Below the pieces are notes generated by a model. It was not told the DNA's origin. It ran no database searches and saw only the letters and a program-made list of their open reading frames with translations. A stretch of DNA of 64,000 nt from NCBI GenBank assembly GCA_037305845.1, contig CP147778.1:2624001-2688000 (forward strand), read 5' to 3'. The first letter of the stretch is position 1. Each line of letters opens with the position of its first letter. Position numbers and translations under genes: made by a program. This document shows, piece after piece, positions 59,587 through 64,000 of the stretch. The DNA comes from Candidatus Freyarchaeum deiterrae (GTDB taxonomy: Archaea; Asgardarchaeota; Jordiarchaeia; Jordiarchaeales; Jordiarchaeaceae).

Positions 59587-61380
59587 TTATGAGGGTAAGC
59601 CTTCGTTGTCCTCGGAGGCGATCTTTAGGGGGATTCCCTGTTTTTTATTTTTTACGAACCATTGGAAGTTTCTTCCTTCTACGCCGGGTTTTTCTGAGGT
59701 TCTTGGATAGTGTACAGTCAAACCAGAGGAAGGTGCACTTAGTATCGCTTTAAGGTCTTTGACGTTTTCCAATTCTTCGAAAGTTTTGTTGTATTTATTT
59801 TCCATGGCTTGTTTGAATGAATTTTTGCATTCTTTTATTTTTTGGTTGGTTATTTTTTTCCATTCGGTGTTTGAATAGGATGCGTATCTTTCTTTTATAT
59901 TAAGTATACTGATGTTCTCTATGGATATTTTTACGCTTCCAAATCCTAGTGGCTTTGCTAATCCTAATTTGTGGTGCATTTCATCCTCCATTTCTATTGA
60001 CCAGAGCAGTGCTCCAAGTTCTACTGGTGCCAGGTTTTCGAATTCTATTGTAAACTGGAATTTGGCACCGGGGTTTAAGGCGTCTCTGATTGTTCGATTT
60101 TGCTTGTCTATTATTATATTGTCTGTCCGGATGTATTCCTGTTCTTTGGCTTCGGTTTGGTGCCTGTAGAATTTTCTACCCCTTAACTGTGCACCGGGTG
60201 TATCGTAAGTTACGGATAACTTTGGCTTTCCTTTTTCAAAAAGGTAGAAATATGTTGTGGTGGGTTTCGGCGTAGATAGAATTGCACATGGGAATTCTTT
60301 TTGGTGGTCTTTGTTTTCTACTATTTTTGCGTGGCTTATTCTGATTCTTCCCGCGTAGGATACCTTCATTTCAAGTTCTTTAGATGGGTTTTGATGCACC
60401 CAGCCGAATACTCTGCAAGCGGGGCAGAGTTCGTTATAATCTGAGCAGGGATGAAATTCTTTTGGGAGTAGGTCGCCAATAGACTTACTAAAAGGTTTAC
60501 GATAAATCTGAGCATAACCGAATTCGTTTATCTTTTTTCTATTCTTTCCTACTCTAAACCATATTGTATCTCCTGGTCGGGGATACTTTGTATGTTCGTG
60601 TCTATTGTTTCTATTCGCGATAACATAGTTTTGGTACGTTTCATAGGATAATTCGAAGTATGTTGATGAATTATCATCGACAAATACACACTCGTTTCTT
60701 TTTTGAGTTGAACCGGGTATTCCTTTATCGCTTGTTTTTAGATAACCTTCCAAGTAGCCTCCAGTATTTTTTTCTTTTGCATTATATTCTTTTACCTCAG
60801 ATACTTCATTATTATCAATCTTTACTAGGACCTTTTTCCCATTCATCCTGAAATTATTCGTGTAACGAGGAAATCTGTTATGGGGTAATCTGTATGCTTT
60901 CATTTGTTTAACGCGTCCAAGTTTATTTTCACTTTTAGGAATTTCTATTATCAGCCCCGCAATAAGTGGTGTTTCATCGTATTCTTCAGGTCTTTCTCTT
61001 TTCCCTAAAAGTCCCCCTTCAAAAATCGAAAAACAGGAATTGGTAGCGGCTTCGAATACACTCCTCAATGTTCCCCTCAAAGTTGTGGAGGGTATTGCAA
61101 AATATTCTTGCCCATTTTCATTTAGTCTGAAGAATCTGTATGACTTGTGTTCTTTCACTTTGTCATTAACATGAACCTCTTCGGGGTCTGATACGAAAAT
61201 TGGTGTAACAGCCTTTAGTTCGCATTCTATCCTGCCGGTTAATCCTATGAATCTGTCGTGCGGCGGCGGGGCGCATTTTCCTAAAAGTTTATTCTCGGGC
61301 GTATCTTTCTCTTTTCCTTGAGGTAAATATCTTACAAAGTTGTATGGATTTAGGAATCTGTGACTACTCATTTTCATCAT
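59587..61380 (-). CDS. cas7: Type III-D Cas7 with insertion (TIGR03986-like RAMP)
   Basis: FLNPYNFV, IPSTTLRGTLRS, CPACRVFG, RGRKFYRH, G-loop LGLAKPLGFGSV. Confidence 0.92.
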   Translation of the reverse strand: MMKMSSHRFLNPYNFVRYLPQGKEKDTPENKLLGKCAPPPHDRFIGLTGRIECELKAVTPIFVSDPEEVHVNDKVKEHKSYRFFRLNENGQEYFAIPSTTLRGTLRSVFEAATNSCFSIFEGGLLGKRERPEEYDETPLIAGLIIEIPKSENKLGRVKQMKAYRLPHNRFPRYTNNFRMNGKKVLVKIDNNEVSEVKEYNAKEKNTGGYLEGYLKTSDKGIPGSTQKRNECVFVDDNSSTYFELSYETYQNYVIANRNNRHEHTKYPRPGDTIWFRVGKNRKKINEFGYAQIYRKPFSKSIGDLLPKEFHPCSDYNELCPACRVFGWVHQNPSKELEMKVSYAGRIRISHAKIVENKDHQKEFPCAILSTPKPTTTYFYLFEKGKPKLSVTYDTPGAQLRGRKFYRHQTEAKEQEYIRTDNIIIDKQNRTIRDALNPGAKFQFTIEFENLAPVELGALLWSIEMEDEMHHKLGLAKPLGFGSVKISIENISILNIKERYASYSNTEWKKITNQKIKECKNSFKQAMENKYNKTFEELENVKDLKAILSAPSSGLTVHYPRTSEKPGVEGRNFQWFVKNKKQGIPLKIASEDNEGLPS

Positions 61381-61381
61381 C

Positions 61382-61945
61382 TCACTTAATTTCTAGGAAC
61401 CATACAAAGGAGATTACTCCCTGTTCGCTCAATGTTTTGTAGTGTATCTTTGCAAAGTTCGAGTTGCCTTTTACAGGGTAGGAGAGTCTTGCCTTTGCGA
61501 CTCTGTCTTCTTGCCATATACTTCTTTTCGGATCGTATGTTCTTCCCCAGAGGAGTGCTTCTTTTTTTTCTATGAAAAACTTCTTGTCAGGATTCTTTTT
61601 CCAGAAGTCCTCTCCGTTTGTATTTTTTGGTGGATTGTTATTGCCTATGTATCTCCATATGAAACGATTTGTATCTCTCCTTAGATCTAGATCTCCGTCT
61701 TGTCCGAAAATGCGTATTCTTTCGACTTGGTTCGAAGGTATTTTGGAAAAGTCAAAATTCTTTTTAATGATTATTTCTTTGAGTGTCTCTAAAATTGTGA
61801 ATGGCATATTTGAGAAATTCCACTTGCTAATAAATTGTTGTAAACTATTTTCCTCTATCTCGCTGCCCCAAATTTGAATATCGTTTTTTGATATTCTATT
61901 TTCTTCAAGCAAATCATTTATTTTCTTACTAAAATCAGTGCTCAC
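61382..61945 (-). CDS. csx19: Type III-D Csx19
   Basis: RIRIFG..GDLDLR, LLWG, LSYPV; positioned between RAMP genes. Confidence 0.75.
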   Translation of the reverse strand: MSTDFSKKINDLLEENRISKNDIQIWGSEIEENSLQQFISKWNFSNMPFTILETLKEIIIKKNFDFSKIPSNQVERIRIFGQDGDLDLRRDTNRFIWRYIGNNNPPKNTNGEDFWKKNPDKKFFIEKKEALLWGRTYDPKRSIWQEDRVAKARLSYPVKGNSNFAKIHYKTLSEQGVISFVWFLEIK

Positions 61946-63648
61946 ATCACCACCTCCCTGGGATAGAGTTTGTCAATATCTTCTTTGAAATAGGTGTCTG
62001 AGGAAGGAACCATGCCTTTCACTCTAGTGAATTTTTGTAATTCGTTATGAAACTCTTTTATCCAAGACTCAACTGGCTTTTTCGGTTCCGTGGTTAGTTC
62101 TTCAAAATTCCATATTCTGGTATTAAAAAAACCATCAAAGGAGTTATTCATTTTAAGTCCTGTTGGGATATATTCATTTGTGATGGTTCCAATCTTTATT
62201 TTTTCGTCTTTTGTTATCGTCTTTCCAAACCATTTGTTTTGCCCGAATCCTACTGAGAAAAGTCCTTCTTTAAGGTCTCTTAAAACGAGCAACAGCCATC
62301 CCAACTGCCACTCTTTGGGGTTTTCAAGTAGCATACTGACTTTAAAGGTTGGCTGCCATAGGGCTAGTGCGTCAAATTTTGCTCCCTCTCTTCCGCCACC
62401 TGTAAATCTGTCGATTGCTAAAAAGTCCATTGTTTTTATTTCAATTTTATCTGAGAGTGGCAGATATCCATCTCTTATGTATAACTGGCTGCCTTTATAT
62501 GAACTGCCGAAAAGTCTGCATGCAAGGCATAGCTGCTCGTCTTTTACCTCTTCTTCGGGTGATTTTCTATTTTTACGAAATAGAGTATTACAGGAGGTTA
62601 AGGGGCTATTTTCGTCGGCGTGAGGATTACATGCTGGACATCTTGCAAGGAAGTCATTGCCGTTTTTGCTGTTCAGAGTGGTTAGGCTTCTTGCAATTTT
62701 TTCGGCTTGGGAGCGTAAGACTCCCCGTAACGATGATCCGGGAAGTACGAAGTTGCCATTTTCCATTTTGGGACAAAAATCGAAATTAGATCGGACTGAA
62801 CTTAATATATCATTTACGACAAAGCCGCCAGTGAATTGAAGAGTGAAGTCAATCTGAGCAAAAGAATTGTAGAGGTGGTCATTGTCAACGTTAAGTTTTT
62901 GTTCTTTTACCGTTTTCTCTATTAGTTTTTTTGCTTCGTCTAAATGGTTGCTTAGCCAGCCTTTCTCTTCAGTTCCTGTTTTAATCAGGTCATCTTCTCT
63001 CAAAAAAGTCATCAATCGATCAATGGATAATAAGTTTAAGTTATAGACTTTAACATCCTCTAATTGCATGTTACCTAATCCTCTGGCTACGTCGCCCCCA
63101 AGATTGCCCCTTCCACGTGACCATTCCGAAAGAATAGATGCCAAAAGACATTCTTGTTCCCTAGAGACATTATCCTGAAGATCAATTCGAAAAGTAAATA
63201 CTGAATCCTTCGGAACAATTTCAAAATCATACTTTGCGCGTATTGTACGCGCTGAGGATTTTGATTCCCTATCAATGCCTACCCCGTCTCTGATAGAGGT
63301 CCTCGCGTCGCTCGTTAAAACAGCGTTGTATACCCATATCTTTGAAGCTTTGGCTTTTTCTTCATCCAAATCTTCGCTAGGATTAATTGATCCAAACAAA
63401 TCGCAAATACGGCAGTCACAAAAATCGTCTGAAGGTGGTTCAAGTGCGAGGCACTTGTCAAACCCTAAGTGGGGCGCAATTCTTGTAGTTAATGTTCTTA
63501 AAGCGCCCGCAATTGCAGTTCCGGGGATAAGGATGTCTCCTATGACATCTCTAAATATTGGTAGATCTGTGGTTTCGGTCCTATCTCCAGTGCCTATATG
63601 AATTCCGGTTAATGCCCTTAACTTCCCAGAGATTATTTTCTTAATCAT
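61942..63648 (-). CDS. csm3: Type III-D Cas7-Cas7 (double Csm3-like RAMP) fusion
   Basis: Two RAMP units: IHIG...IPGTAIAGALR...LGGDVARGLG and LPGSSLRGVLRS...CRLFG...IDRFTGG...GFGQNKWFG. Confidence 0.9.
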   Translation of the reverse strand: MIKKIISGKLRALTGIHIGTGDRTETTDLPIFRDVIGDILIPGTAIAGALRTLTTRIAPHLGFDKCLALEPPSDDFCDCRICDLFGSINPSEDLDEEKAKASKIWVYNAVLTSDARTSIRDGVGIDRESKSSARTIRAKYDFEIVPKDSVFTFRIDLQDNVSREQECLLASILSEWSRGRGNLGGDVARGLGNMQLEDVKVYNLNLLSIDRLMTFLREDDLIKTGTEEKGWLSNHLDEAKKLIEKTVKEQKLNVDNDHLYNSFAQIDFTLQFTGGFVVNDILSSVRSNFDFCPKMENGNFVLPGSSLRGVLRSQAEKIARSLTTLNSKNGNDFLARCPACNPHADENSPLTSCNTLFRKNRKSPEEEVKDEQLCLACRLFGSSYKGSQLYIRDGYLPLSDKIEIKTMDFLAIDRFTGGGREGAKFDALALWQPTFKVSMLLENPKEWQLGWLLLVLRDLKEGLFSVGFGQNKWFGKTITKDEKIKIGTITNEYIPTGLKMNNSFDGFFNTRIWNFEELTTEPKKPVESWIKEFHNELQKFTRVKGMVPSSDTYFKEDIDKLYPREVVM

Positions 63649-64000
63649 TTTTCTCCCTCCTTTGTGAAGCTGCAATATAATCTGCCAAAATTTCTATGGC
63701 TTTGATTTTCAAGTATTCTCTTAAGCGTTCATCCGCGCTTTGTAATCTTTCCGAAAGTTTATCCAACGCGTCCAATAACGAATTCAACCCTTTCTTTCCT
63801 TCTTCTTCCAGAAACGCCTTCTTATCTCTATAAACCTTTTTTTGCTCGATTGAATCCTTCATAGGCTTTTCGAGGACATGAAAATTACCTATCGTTTTCT
63901 TTATTTCTTCAATAGTCTTCTTTGCATTAGTTCTTAGCCATCGCGATATGGCTGTCCATCTAGGATTAGTAAACTCTTTTTTGTTTATATTTTCCTTTAA
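63641..64000 (-). CDS. Helical Cas11-like (small-subunit) region of a type III-D gene, truncated by window edge
   Basis: Frame is open to 64000 (LKENINKKEFTNPRWTAISRWLR...); overlaps the start of the RAMP gene. Confidence 0.6.
   Translation of the reverse strand, partial: LKENINKKEFTNPRWTAISRWLRTNAKKTIEEIKKTIGNFHVLEKPMKDSIEQKKVYRDKKAFLEEEGKKGLNSLLDALDKLSERLQSADERLREYLKIKAIEILADYIAASQRREKND

Noticed and set aside
1-64000. tRNA/rRNA genes
   Set aside because: No cloverleaf or rRNA signature recognised.

Overview
Archaeal chromosomal window of about 40% GC, with GGTGA/GGAGG Shine-Dalgarno motifs and many TTG/GTG starts. The gene content, including longin/roadblock-like orphans, suggests an Asgard lineage, though this is inference. 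From left to right it holds: (1) an IS607-family element (tnpA plus a window-truncated tnpB); (2) several toxin-antitoxin modules; (3) acyl-CoA and organic-acid metabolism genes; (4) a leuB-leuC-leuD cluster; (5) a FAD oxidoreductase/CCG Fe-S pair and a ManC-PMM fusion; (6) three tandem roadblock/profilin-like paralogs; (7) a ~4 kb tandem duplication of a giant longin-like/helical gene with reciprocal decay; (8) an accessory region; (9) a CRISPR array of about 79 repeats, a decayed CARF+PIN pair, a second 2-repeat mini-array and the 3' part of a type III-D cas operon. The standout observation is that leuC is interrupted by a 33-nt, stop-containing insert (12158-12190). This insert folds into a canonical bulge-helix-bulge motif, and cutting at the standard BHB positions restores a full 423-aa ORF. 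It is therefore a candidate tRNA-endonuclease-spliced intron in a metabolic mRNA.
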